A stretch of DNA of 64,000 nt from Diplonema japonicum (Eukaryota > Protista > Euglenozoa: Diplonemea). Position 1 is the first letter of the stretch. Each line of letters begins with the position of its first letter. Below are positions 45,560 through 58,500 of the stretch, in pieces. Below the pieces are notes generated by a model, which saw only the letters and a list, made by a program, of their open reading frames with translations, did no database searches and was not told where the DNA came from. Location of the stretch: NCBI GenBank assembly GCA_964019335.1, contig OZ025734.1, positions 62,001-126,000 on the forward strand, read 5' to 3'. The translations under genes and the position numbers were made by a program.

Positions 45560-45619
45560 TTTCTTTTTTTTTTTTAATATTATTTTTTTTTGTTGTTGTT
45601 CCTCCGCGTGAGGGCGGCT

Positions 45620-45656
<37 letters not shown>

Positions 45657-45718
45657 GGTGAACAGAAAAAAAAGGGGGGTAAACCTATCCCCAAAAAAAA
45701 AAAAAAAAAAATTCCCCC

Positions 45719-48700
45719 TCACTTAAATAACGAAGCGTATGGATCGTCGTCTTCCTCCTGCGACGGGGCGGGGGGCAGGGGCTGCTGCGGCTGCGGTTTC
45801 GCAGCTTGAGGTGTCTGTGCAACGGGCGGGCTTTGAGATGACACACCCTTCGCCTGCGCCAGCTTGTATTCCTCGATGACCTGTGTGACGTGTGGAGTTC
45901 AAAGATCTCACTCCGAAGAGGTGTACAAAAACATGCCAAAATTCTTTCCCACCCGACATACCATGGCAACAAGTTCGGTTTCAAACACCTTGTTCTCCTC
46001 CAATCTCAAGCTCAGGATCTCCATACGCTGGCGAAGCTGCGGGTGTATAAATAAAAACACTATTCTTTTACATACGTTTTCAATAACGCTGACAGCGGAG
46101 ACCTTTTCCCGCTCGAAAGCCTCGACACGTTCGGCGGCTGCCTTGATCTCTTCGTCCTTGGCGATGAGGGTTGCTTTGACCTTGTCCTTCCATTCGCGTG
46201 TCTTGTTCTCGATGGTGAGTTTCTCGGTCTGGAGCTTTGTGAGCTGTGCTGCAGTGTCGGGGTCGGCTCCAGTAGCTCGCAGGTCGTCGAGTTCCTTTAC
46301 CGCTTGTTCTCGGAGTGCCTTCTCCTTGTCCAGCTCTGTCTCTGCTTGAAGCTTCCCGCTCATTAGGTCGGAAGATGTGTTGATCATCTCGTTCAGTTTG
46401 TCGCCTCCCATCTTCACCTCAGCGCGAAGGCGCTCGATCTCCTCCTTGTTGCCCTGGGTGGCGGCGAGTTGTTCGACGAGTGCCTCGTTCTCCTTGGTCA
46501 CCATCTCATGTTCATTCTTCATGCTGCTCACAAGTTCACTGAGCTCTTTGCTCTTGGAATCGCTGCTCTCGTTTGCCGATGCAAGCTGCATGTTGAGCTC
46601 TTCAACTTTTGCGCTTATCGTGTTGTTCGTTGTTGTTAGTTGTTCGCTCTGCTGCTTGTGCTCCTCTGCTAGTTGTGTAAGTTTCGCGTCCAGTTCCTCG
46701 TTGCTGAGCTTGAGCTCCTCGCTGATTTTCTGCATTGAAGTAAATTCTTTTTCTATTTCAGCCTTTGCCACCGACAGGCTGCTCACCTGTTCACTAAGTT
46801 CTTTGCTTCTTGTGTCCCCACTTTCGTTTGCCAATGCAAGCTGTGTGCTCAGCTCATCGACCTTTGCACTCAGTGTGTTGTTCGTTGCCGTCAGCTGTTC
46901 GCTCTGCTGCTTATGTTCCTCTTCTTGTTGTGATAGTAAGGTGCTCAGCTCCTCGTTACCTTGTGTCAGCCGGGATGTCTCCAGCTCTCTGTTCTTCTGG
47001 ATTGCAGCAAGCTGGTTCTCAAGCTCAGCCTTTGCCGACGACAGGCTGCTCACCTGCTCGCTGAGTTCTTTGCTTCTTGTGTCCCCGCTCTCATTCGCAG
47101 ATGCAAGCTGTGTGCTCAACTCGTCGACCTTTGCATTCAGTGTGGTGTTTGTTGCCGTCAGCTGCTTGTGCTCCTCCGTCACTTGTGATAGCTTGGTGTT
47201 GAGCTCTTCGTTGCTGTTTGTAAGTTCAGTGGTCAGTTCCTCACTGTTCTTCTGAGTCTCTGCCAACGTGTCCTGCAGGCTTTGCAGTTTTTGTGTAAGT
47301 TCTCCACCGCCCTTTTCAGCCTCTGCGATCTTCGATTCGAGCACAGCCCTTTCCGATGCCAGGTCCTGTACCTGTGTCCTCATCTCCTGAGCTTCTTGCT
47401 TGCTGCTTTCTTGCGCCGTAGTGAGATCGCTGACCTGAGATGCCAATGTTGAAAGCTCGTTGCCACGAGCCTCTGCCTCCTGCTTCTCCGCAGCAAGCTG
47501 GCTCTCAAGCTCCGCCTTTGCAACGGACAAGCTGCTCACTTGCTCGCTTAGCTCTTTGTTCCTAGTGTCGCCGCTTTCGTTTGCAGATGCAAGCTGTGTG
47601 CCCAGTTCATCAACTTTTGCGCTTAAAGTGTTGTTGGTTGCCGTCAGCTGCTCGCTCTCCCGTTTGTGCTCCTCTGTCAGCTGCGAGAGTTTGGTGTTCA
47701 GCTCCTCGTTGTTGCTGGCTTGTTCCTCACTGTTCTTCTGTGCCTCTGTCAATGCGTCTTGCATGGTTTGCAGAACCTCTTCATGACGCCTCTCTTCTTC
47801 AGCAATTTTTGCCTCGAGTGCTTCGTTTTTCGCAACAAAGCCCTGCGCCTTGGCCTTTATGTCTTGAACTTCCTGCTCGCTACTTTCTTGGGCAGTCGCA
47901 AGCTGTGTGGTGAGATCGCTGACCTGAGACGCCAATTCTGAAAGCTCGGTGTCACGTGTCTCTGCCTCCTGCTTCTTCGCAGCAAGCTGGTTCTCAAGCT
48001 CCGCCTTTGCTGACGACAAGCTGCTCACCTGCTCGCTCAGCTCCTTGCTTCTAAAATCGCCGCTCTCGTTTGCCGATGCAAGCTGCGTGCTTAACTCTTC
48101 AATTTTCGTGTTCATTGTGTTGTTCATTGCCGCTAGTTGTTCGCTCTGCTGCTTGTGCTCCTCTGCTAGTTGTGTAAGTTTCGCGTCCAGTTCCTCGTTG
48201 CTGAGCTTGAGCTCCTCGCTGATTTTCTGCACTGAAGTAAATTCTTTTTCTATTTCAGCCTTTGCCACCGACAGGCTGCTCACCTGTTCACTAAGTTCTT
48301 TGCTTCTTGTGTCCCCACTTTCGTTTGCCAATGCAAGCTGTGTGCTCAGCTCATCGACCTTTGCACTCAGTGTGTTGTTCGTTGCCGTCAGCTGTTCGCT
48401 CTGCTGCTTATGTTCCTCTTCTTGTTGTGATAGTAAGGTGCTCAGCTCCTCGTTACCTTGTGTCAGCCGGGATGTCTCCAGCTCTCTGTTCTTCTGGATT
48501 GCATCAATCTGGTTCTCAAGCTCAGCCTTTGCCGACGACAGGCTGCTCACCTGTTCGCTGAGTTCTTTGCTTCTTGTGTCCCCGCTCTCATTCGCAGATG
48601 CAAGCTGTGTGCTCAGCTCATCGATCTGTGCACTCAGTGTGTTGTTCGTTGCCGTCAGCTGTTCGCTCTGCTGCTTATGTTCCTCCAGCTTCGAATTCAG

Positions 48701-50217
48701 GTCTTCGGCACCACGTGTCAGCTCCTCTCTGTTCTTCTGGATTGCAGCAAGCTGGTTCTCAAGATCAGCCTTTGCCGACGACAGGCTGCTCACCTGTTCA
48801 CTAAGTTCTTTGCTTCTTGTGTCCCCACTTTCGTTTGCCGATGCAAGCTGTGTGCTCAACTCGTCAACCTTTGCATTCAGTGTGGTGTTTGTTGTTGCCA
48901 GCTGTTCGCTCTGCTGCTTGTGTTCCTCCGCCTGCTGTGAGAGTTTCGTGCTCAGTTCCTCGCTGTTCTTCTGGATTGCAGCAAGCTGGTTCTCAAGCTC
49001 AGCCTTTGCCGACGACAGGCTGCTCACCTGCTCGCTGAGTTCTTTGCTTCTTGTGTCCCCGCTCTCATTCGCAGATGCAAGCTGTGTGCTCAACTCGTCG
49101 ACCTTTGCCGCTAGCTGTTCACTCTGCTGCTTGTTCTCCGCCGCTTGCTGTGCGGCCTCACCTGTGCTCCTGTTTGCTGTTACCACTTCTGTCTCCAGCG
49201 TGCTGATTCTTTCTGTACTTGTTTGCTGCAATTGAGCGAGCTGGGCTGCCAGCCCATCCGTCTCTGTGTTGGCTGCCGTTGTCTCCGCTAGCTGTTGCTG
49301 CAACTCCTGCACCTTCTCACCCGCAGCAGCCAGCTCGTTGACCTTGAGCTGCATGTCGCTGTTGGCGGTCCGTGCGGCAAGCAGCTCCTCACCAAGTTGC
49401 GCAACACGCTCTTGAAGAGTGTCTCTCTCTTGCTGGAGGGGTTGGCTGTCGGTGTTGCTTTCCTGCAGCTGCTTCTTGAGGGCGACCACGGTGTGCCGCT
49501 CCTTCTCCAAGGCGGCCTTGACCTAATGTGGGATGCTCATGCGTTGGACGGTATACCTGTTCCTGCCACCCCGCTAGCTTGGTTTCAAGTGCTTGCTTTT
49601 CCGCCTCAGCCTTCGCACGGAGCTCCTGTTGACGTTGGAAAAATAAAAATAAAAAAGAATGAGGTGGATACCTGTTCCTTTTGGAGGGTGTCAGGTGTTT
49701 GAGGTGTTGTACCACCTGTCCCTTGTGCGATGCGCGCCTTAAGGTTGCTGATTTCTGTTTCGTTAGAAGTGAGAATGGACTTCACCTTCATCTTCCATTC
49801 GGAAGTACGCTCCGCTGTTTCAGCGATTTCGGCACGTAGACCGCTGAGCTCTTCGTTTTTCTGGGTTATCTGTTGTTGCAACTCCTCAGATGTGCTGCTG
49901 AAGGGGTCGAAAGGTGCAGGGGCTGCTGGGGCAGGGGCTGCAACAGGACTCGGTGGCTTGGCTTGAAGCTGCCCCTTCAGTTTCTGTATCTGCTGGAATT
50001 GTGTCTTGGCCAACTGTAAAAAGATGGAGTTCTTTTTTTTTCTTCTTTTTTCTTCTTATTATACCGTCATCAGCTCCCCCCGATTCATTGCTATCAAATC
50101 TATTTTCCCATCTTGTCTGGCTTGCTGCTGCCCCTCTTTCTCTTTCTCTTTATCTTTATCTTTGCCTCCTGTAACTGTGTTTGTCACACTTCCGATTTGT
50201 TGCTCTAACCAGTTCAT
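45719..50217 (-). CDS. Large coiled-coil protein with internal ~60-70-aa repeats, multi-exon
   Basis: Start MNWLEQQIG at 50217. GT-AG introns at 50014-50064, ~49626-49671, 49523-49556, ~46038-46076 and ~45881-45961. Repeats of EHKQQSEQL...VDELSTQLASANESGDTRSKELSEQVSSLSSAKAELE; ends EEDDDPYASLFK*. Confidence 0.8.
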
Positions 50218-50416
50218 TGTTTCCCCGCTCCCCTTCCACCCCCCTTTTTTTCCTTTTTTTTTTTTTTTTTAAAATCGAGCCGTATTGAAATGAAGAAATG
50301 CACACACAAAAAAAAAAAAAAAAAGAAAAGAAAAAGAATTCGATCGTTAAGCGACCCACGCAGGTCAATGGTGTGTGGGGGGGTTTGTAGTCAAGACTAC
50401 ACATTGGAGTGAGATT

Positions 50417-50871
50417 CTAGCCTGTGCTGCGCCATCTTTCAGACGCATGCCTGGACCCCGTTATCTCGCTGTAGAGTAATCTTCTTCTTTTGCTGACCTC
50501 ACTTTCGTTTGCCGATGCAAGCTGTGTGTTCAGCTCGTCGACCTTTTCCCTCAGTGCGGTGTTCGTTGCCGTCAGCTGCTTGTGTACCTCCGCCTGCTGT
50601 GAGAGTTTCGTTCTCAGCTCCTCAAGCTGGCTTTCAACCTCAGCGTAAGGTGTTGCTGGGGCAGGATTTGGTAGCTTGTCTTGAAGTTGTCCTTTCAGTT
50701 TCTGTATCTGCTGGAATTGTGTCTTGGCCAACTGTAAGAGATGGGGGGGGGGGGGGGCTTTTCTTTTCCCTTGTTATCTCCTTCTTATTATACCGTCATC
50801 AGCTCCCCCCGATTCATTGCTATCAAATCTATTGACTCGTCATTCTCTTTATCTTTGCTTGCTGTTTGCAT
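50417..50871 (-). CDS. Short tandem paralog (or pseudogene) of the coiled-coil protein
   Basis: Shares IDLIAMNRGELMT|intron|LAKTQFQQIQKLKGQLQ, one partial repeat unit and the 5' flank motif with the large gene. Confidence 0.6.
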
Positions 50872-51125
50872 TTGTCCCCGCCCCCCCCCCCCCCCCCCCT
50901 CTTTTCGTGTGATGTGGAAATTACTAATCGAGACGTATTGAAATTGAAGAAAAATAACACAAAAAAAAAAAAAAAAAAAAAACAGGGGTTTGAAAAAAAA
51001 AAAAAAAGAAAATACTGGCCGTCAACAGGCGAACGTGCCACTGAAATGGTGGGAAAAGGGAAAACAAAAAAGGGGGGGAGGGGAAGGGTGACACTCACAA
51101 GAGAAAAGTTGAAGGGGTAAAAGGG

Positions 51126-51158
<33 letters not shown>

Positions 51159-52178
51159 AAAGAAAGAAATACTAGGCCCCATGCTGTGCTGTAGGCACAA
51201 AAGAAAAAAAGAAGAAAAAAAAAGAATAAGATGACGGACTGGGCGAAAATAAATAAAAATAGGGAGAGAGGAAAAAAAAAAGGGGGGGTGTTCTCCCCCC
51301 CTCCCCCCCCCTTCTATGGCATAACAAAGAGCAAAAGGAAAATGGTGTGAAAGGGAAAGGAGTAAGAGAAAAAAAAAATACCTCCTCCCCTTTGTTTCAT
51401 CTCTGTTTTTCTTCTTCTTCTTCTTTTTTTTTTTCTTCCTCCCCCTTTTTTTTTGAAAACGTATAAAAAAATGGATTTCTTTCTTTCTTTTTTTTGTGCC
51501 CCCCTTAGGCAATAAGCTAATGTGAAGAGAATTTTTTTTTTTTTTTTTTTTTCCCATCCGTCACGGGTTTGCGAATTCTTGTTCGCTGACTAGAACATGT
51601 CACCATGAAATGAAAAAGAGAAGGGGAAAAAAAAAATCCCTCCATTTTTTTTTTTTTTTTTTTTTTTTTCCCATGCACAATTACCCGTAAGGTGGAACTG
51701 CAACCAATTAAACACGAAACAAACAATGGCCAGTTTTTTTTCTTTTTTTTTCTTCTTCAATTTTTTATGAATCAAGTCTCTCTAACTTGCATCATTTTGA
51801 GGCCCCCTCCACTTCTACCGTTTTTGAGGGTCTTGGTAGCAGAGCGATATTCTGGATTTTCGAATTTTTCTCCTTTCGCACACCGGCAGTATGCGCTTTC
51901 CATGCTGCGGAAGGAATGTTCACCACTGAAATTTTTCGCTACCCCGCGCCCCCAGTGAGTTAGCACACCATGAAAATTAATGATGGGTGGGTTTTAAAAA
52001 AAAAGAAAAAAAAAAAAGAAAGAAAGAAAAAAAAGAGAAAGAAAGAAAAAAAAGAAAAAAAAACTTTTGTAATGTCTTGCGTCTATTTTTTTTTTTTTTT
52101 TTTTCCCTCCTTTTTTTTTTTTTTTTTTTCTCTATTTTTTTTCCCCCCCGATTTCTTTTGTGGAAAATTAAAATTAGG

Positions 52179-52212
<34 letters not shown>

Positions 52213-52671
52213 TTAGGGGACAAATACATTAACAAAAAAAATAACAACACACAGCAGTACCATGGGCCAAACTGGCTCGAGTAGCGGGGGGGGGGGGGGG
52301 GGGGTAGGAAAACAACTAATCAAATCGTGCGCGTGCACATGAAATGTGCAAGAAGCAGAGGGAAGGAAAGAATGGAGGGGGGATTGTATTTCTTTTGTAA
52401 TTTCTTCTTCTCCCCCCCCCCCCCCCCCCCTCACTTAAACCTACTTTGCTAACTTTTTTTTCTTTTTTCTTTGCTCTTTATTTCTTTTTGTCCATTCTTG
52501 TTCTTGTTGGGGAAAAAAAAAAAAAACAAAAGAAACCTTGCCCTTTTGTTGAGTTAAACTTACTTAGCACTTTTTTTTCCCCCCCTCTTTTGAAAAAAAA
52601 AAGAGACGGGGTAAAAAAAAAGAAGAAGAAAGAACTGCCGTTTCTTCCTCAATTATTTTTCTTTTTGTTTA

Positions 52672-52702
<31 letters not shown>

Positions 52703-53288
52703 CCTTCCGCTTTTTCTTTCTTTCTTTTTTTTTTAGTTTGTATAAAGTTCAACAGATAAAAGAAGTATGGGAGAAAAAAAAGTTCTTTTTTTTTTCTTGT
52801 TTTTTTTTTCCTCAACATTTTTTTTTTTGTTTCCTTTTTTTTTTTTTTTTCCTTTTTGCAGGGGGTACGGGAAAGGGGGTGTCGGGGGGTGGGTGGGAAC
52901 AAAGAAGAAAAAAAAAAAAAAAAAAAAAAAAAAATGTTCACTTTTTTTTTTTCCAAACAAGAGAAAAATAACTAGAACTTATTTCATTTTTTTTTTTTTT
53001 TCTTGGGGCGAGATCCCCTAAGTTTCGTTAACCTAACTTCCATCCACCCAGGTTAACAAGTGGTCTCCAGCAGACTATCTACCATATATCCCAAAAAGCA
53101 TCATACTTAATGACAACAGCAGGATGGGATTGAAAAACATGATGCCAAAAAAAAGAAAAAAAAAAAAATTAGTTCTGTTGCATTTTCTCAAAAAAAAACA
53201 AATCAAAAAAAAAAAAAAATCTAACTATGAAAAAACAAAAAAAAACAAAAAAAAATCTATTTCCATCCCCCTCCCCCCCCTTCAAACT

Positions 53289-54120
53289 CTAGTTCAAGGC
53301 CTGTTGCTTGTAGTCATTGTCCATTTCCATCTCATCAAGCACACCGCACTGTTCGGGGAAAGTCATTCCGAAGGACGGTGTTTGCCTGGAACGGATAACC
53401 ATGAAGGCAATACCCCCAATGACCAGCAGACCACCAAGCACGATAACAATGATAGCCCACACAGGGAACCCATCAGAGCTGTCGTCAGGCACGACATCAG
53501 TTGGGACAGAGAGCCCCGAAGGGAATGCTGCCACACTGCAGGTAGTCCCTTTCAAGCACGCATCAAAAATGGCCTCTTTGCTCTTAGGCATGGTGATATC
53601 GATAAGAACCCCACCAGAAGCGCAGCTCAGGGCGGACGTGTTTGTAGATTTCACCACTGTCATGTCAACATTGAAAGCAGTAACAAGGCTGTTCTTGAGA
53701 GCAAGGATTCTGCGGATTTTTTTTTTTCTTTTTTTTTTTTTTTTATCCATACTCCGTTTGTTCGTCACTTCCAGATGCGATCGAAAGGCACACGCTCCGC
53801 GTGGAGGAGTCCTCCGGGGCCATCACGGGAGCGCTGTTGTTCGAGTCCTCTGGTGTGACCATCGGTGTGAAAACCGTCCCGTTCTCCGGGGTTGCCATCG
53901 GCGCGTCTTCAGGTGTTACTTCCGGCACCATCGCTGTAGGGGCAGCATTGGGGGCAGTCATATTGTCAGAAGGGGTCATATCGCCTGGGGCCGTCATGTT
54001 GTCATTGGGTGCGGTCATATTCTCCGGTGTATCCCCCACGGCCAGCAGGTAGCCATCCCAGTCCTGGGCTTGGCTCACCGCCACCAGGCACAGAATAGCC
54101 AGGGCTTTGGTAAATGACAT
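53289..54120 (-). CDS. Type I membrane mucin-like surface protein, 2 exons
   Basis: Signal peptide MSFTKALAILCLVAVSQA, NMTAP repeats (N-glycosylation sequons), intron 53710-53752, and TM FPVWAIIVIVLGGLLVIGGIAFMVI. Confidence 0.8.
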
Positions 54121-54622
54121 TTATTTATTTATTTATTTTTTTTTTTTTTTTTGTGATGGCTTTTTTTTTTTTTTGATGGAAACATTCAGTTCAAGACTGG
54201 GAAAAAAAAAAAAAAAAAAAAAAAAACTCGGAGGGGAACGCGAATGGCTCGTCGACGTTTTCTTTTTTTCCATTTTTTCGTGATGGAGCTGAGTACCGTG
54301 ACGGAGCTGAGTACCGTGACGGAGCGAGAGCGCAAGCACGAGAAGTCCGCCGGAAGGCAAAAAGGGACTCCTACATAAAAAGCAGCGTGCCGGAAGGAGC
54401 CGACCGGACACAAATCGACCCAGCAGCCTTACCGAATGCGACGAAGTGCAGAAGTACCTGCTGGAGGTGGTAGCGAACCGCGTGGGCAACATGGAGGACT
54501 TGGGTTCACACGGGCTCAAGATTGCCTACTCAAAAAGAAAGAAATACAAAATTATTAGACGTTTCTTTTTCCTTTTTCCACCCCCCTCCCCCCTCCCCCC
54601 CATCCCTCACTACTTTACTTCA

Positions 54623-55283
54623 CTAATAACATATCCGTAGCTGGAGCCCGCTTGGTAAATGCGAGGACACCACAACGCTGTGTCTGTGCTCATCTTCAAG
54701 GACAAAGTCGGTGTTTGGGTCAAGGCCTTTTTTTTTTTTTTTTTTTTTTTCCTTCCCCCCCCAAAAAAAAATACCTAACGTAATCGCAATTGTTTTCCTC
54801 AAATCCTCTGCAGGGACCCCGGTACCATACCACACTACATGGTAGGTGCGATCGCCATCGGCCACAGCGAGAGATCGTTTATCAAAGGCAGGCTCAAGGG
54901 TATGCTCTTGCTGGTGCCTATCCATATTCTTTTTTTTTTTTTTTTTTCTTTTACGAAAACGCCTGAGTCTGTTTCTCCCACAACCCTCTCCGCCCCCCTC
55001 TTGCTTCCCTGGCACGCCTGGTGTCTATTTCCTCTCCTTGTGACGACGTCCCCTTTGAGCGTTTCTTCCCTTGTACACTTGCTTGCGGAACGCAAGTATT
55101 TCCTCTGATCAACCCCTCTATTACAGGCCGGCCTCCCGCCATCATCTGCCTTCTGCTGTTGTTCATGTAAAATTCCTCTTCGGGGCTAATCCTTTTCTCC
55201 AGCTTCTCCTTGGGCACTCCTGTCAAGGGGATGGGGCGGCTTACCTCGTGAGGGACGACCCTGGCGTTTTTGTTCTTGAGCAT
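54623..55283 (-). CDS. Hypothetical protein; exon structure uncertain
   Basis: Coding-like segments MLKNKNARVV..., NMDRHQQEH...TIAITLG and LDPNTDFVLED...ICY* are separated by A-rich introns; the upstream junction is ambiguous. Confidence 0.5.
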
Positions 55284-55589
55284 TCTCCCCCCTGAATAAA
55301 AAGGGTTTGGTTTCTTTTTTTTTTCTTTGTACCCCCCCCCCTTTTATTCTCGCTCAATGAAATATATAAAAAAAAAAAAAGAAGAATGAAAAAGAAAAAA
55401 AAAAGCATGAAAAACAGGACTAAATATCCTTTTATTTTTATTTTTTATATATATTTCTTTTTTATTTTTTTTTTTAAATTTTTGCCTATCGCTGTCTAGT
55501 CCTTGAAGAAACAGGGAAGGAGCGAAGAAAGAAAGTGGGGGAAAAAAAGAAAAAAAACACGGCAGGGGAAGGGGTACGGGTACACTCAT

Positions 55590-58500
55590 CTAGGAAGATA
55601 GATATCTCTTTGCCCCTGCTTCGGCGTGATGGCTCATGGCCTTTGCTGCGTCGGCTAGTTCTTTTTGCACTTCGGACACTACTTCCTGCACGGACACATC
55701 AAGCAAGGCCTCCTGCAAAGGGGCTGCTGCTTGTAACACTGTTGCGCCTGTATCCTTCATTCCTTCGCTGCTGGGAAGCATTGATGCAACAGAAGGCAGT
55801 TCGGCGGGGATGCTCTCACGTAGCGTCTGGGAGGTGCTTTGTACCACCGCACCCGCATCCTCACGGAGGCTTTGTGTCGCATTTCCCAACTGCTCGCTGC
55901 TGGGCAGCATCGATGCAACAGAGTCTTGCATCGAGGCCAGCCCATCAGCAGGGATGCTCTCACGTAACGTCTGAGCCGTGCTTTGTGCCGCTGCACCCAC
56001 ATCCTCACGGAGGTTTTGTGCCGCATTTCCTAGCTGCTCGCTGCTGGGCAACATCGATGCAACAGAGTCTTGCATCGAGGCCAGCCCATCAGCAGGGATG
56101 CTCTCACGTAAAGTCTGAGCCGTGCTTTGTGCCGCTGCACCCACACCTTCTGCACTGGGCATCGGAATCTTGATGTCGGAGACAGCACGCTGCACTTCCG
56201 CGACGTCGGGCACATGGAGGCCTTGTGCTGAACACCCCACAGCTTCTGCAATATCAGGCATGTTGCGGGCTTTTTCACAGAGACCGTTCACTGTTTCATT
56301 CACCGCCTCCTTGCTAGGAAGTAGCGATGCAGCCGAGCCCTCACCGAGAACCGACACCGAAGCCATCGCCTTGCTGCTCATTTCCTGTACTGCGCTTTGG
56401 ATCTGCACCGTGTCGGGCAGCTCTGCGGGCATGTTTTCACGAAGCTTTTGCACAGTTCCTTCCACATCCTCGCTGCTAGGCAGAATCGAGCTCATTGAAG
56501 GAAGCTCCACTTGTGACAAGGTGTCTCGCACTGCAGCTGTACTCTTGGTGCAGGTGTCGGGAAGTGCCTGTTGAAGGTTCTGTGCAGCACCCTGCGCCAT
56601 ATCAGCGACTCCCTCACCTGTGGGTAGAACTGAAGTCAACTCAGTGTCCTTGAGTGAGGTTGCTGCCTCTGTTGCCTTGTTTTTAATCTCCAGAACTGCG
56701 CTCTGCAGCTGCGTCGTGTCCGGCAGCTCGCAGGGAACGCTCTCGCAAAGCTTTTCAGCAGCGTCTTGAGCAGCAGTCGCAACATCTTCCCCGCATGGCA
56801 GCTTTGACGCAACGGGTTGCACCAATGCTATCCCAGGGGCTGCTGCCGCTGCTACTTTGTCACCTGCTTCTTGCACCATGCTTTGAGTGTTGTCACTGAG
56901 CTTGTATATCGTATCGCTCTGCAGCATTGCACCCACAGCCTGTACATTGTTCTTCACATCTTCATGGCTTGGCAGTTCAGGCGGAGCTACTGAAAGAACT
57001 CCGGTCGCAGTCTCCATTGCCCTGCTTGCCACTTCTTGCATCTCGTTTTGTAGTTGTGTCACACCAGGCAGTTCACTAGGGATGCTCTCGCGAAGCTTCT
57101 GTGCAGTGTCCTGTGCCATGGTACCCGTGTCAGGGATGCCTAGCACGGCTGTCTGCATCTTGTCGATCATTTCCTCAGGAAGCAGCCCCGCACCAGACAT
57201 GGCTTCTTGCGCTCTCTCGAGAGCGCTACCCACTGCAGTGTGCTCTGCAGCTGCAGAGTGGGATAGCGAAGCAGAGACAGCATCAGCGAGGCCATGCATG
57301 TCACTGGGGATGGATTCACGCAGTCGCTGCGCGGCATCTCCAAGACCCGTGACCTTGTCAGCAACCATCTGCTTCGGGTTGGACGCTGCAGCGCTGACCT
57401 TTGCAGCGACAGCTTCCATTTCGTAGGAGCGAGGGACAAGCCCAAGCAGCGACTGCAGGGCCTCGACGGTCGTGGGGAGATCGAGCGTGGTGGCCTCGAC
57501 CTCCTTCACCATGGGTCCGAGCTCGGGGAACAGCACGGATGCTTGGGTCGCTGCATGGAGGAGCTGTTCCTTCGTCTTTGAGTGCAGCATGGCCTCAGCA
57601 AGGGACCTCGCTTCTGCGCTGGAGGAAGGGTCGGTGTACAGGCTATGGGCATGTTCCACGAGTTTGAAATGCTTCCCTGCAACGAGGAGCAAGCGGCCAG
57701 AGGAGCCTTCGAAGTGGGACTTAACAGCGTGGCTGAGGAGGAGGTCGGCGATGTACTTCCCGTCGCCGTCCTGGACCTTCTGAATGTCGACACCCATGCG
57801 GCGCGTGAGGAGGGTCTTGAGGATCTTGTTGCCGACCTTCATAGCAGCCTCGTCGTTGTTCTTAAGTGCGGTGAGGTGTTCCCCGCTGTTGGCGAGGATG
57901 TCACTCAGCGACGAGCTGCCAGAAGAGCTGCTTGCAATGTGCGTGGTCAGTGCTTGGATCTCATCACTGCACTGGAAATCCGCAGCTTCGCAGAGCAACT
58001 TCACACCGACAGAGGACTTCCACATGAGATCAGAGTCTATACAGGGAAGGTCCGACACAGCAAGGGATACCAACGGGCTGCCCTCCCATGTGAGGGGGAA
58101 GAGAATGGTCGCAAGCTCAGCGTGGAAGGGGACCATCTTCGCAAGCTGCTCGGATAGAATATCCTGCAACAGTGAAGAATCAAGGGTCGTGTCGTTCAGA
58201 AGCGCTGCGGCGTTGAGGATGCTCCCGTCGAGTCCGATGGAAAGCTCGCCCGAAGGGGACTTCCCACGCAGAGCGAGGACGTTGCCCACCTCTTCGACAT
58301 CTGCCTTAACGCTGACATCCTTGCACCGCACGACGTACTTCATCACTTCTATCTTCTTTTCCTTGCTCCTCTCGCTCATCTCCCTGTCGCACACCTTCAC
58401 CAACCCGTTGATGCCCTTCCCACCCTTGTGGCGTACCTCGACTACAACCTCTGCGTCATCGTTCTTCGTGACGTTGTCGATCTTCCCGTCTTTGTACATA

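Noticed and set aside
46377-49235. Long plus-strand ORFs opposite the coiled-coil gene, and similar ones opposite VPS13 and the LINE
   Set aside because: Antisense shadows of the real minus-strand CDS.
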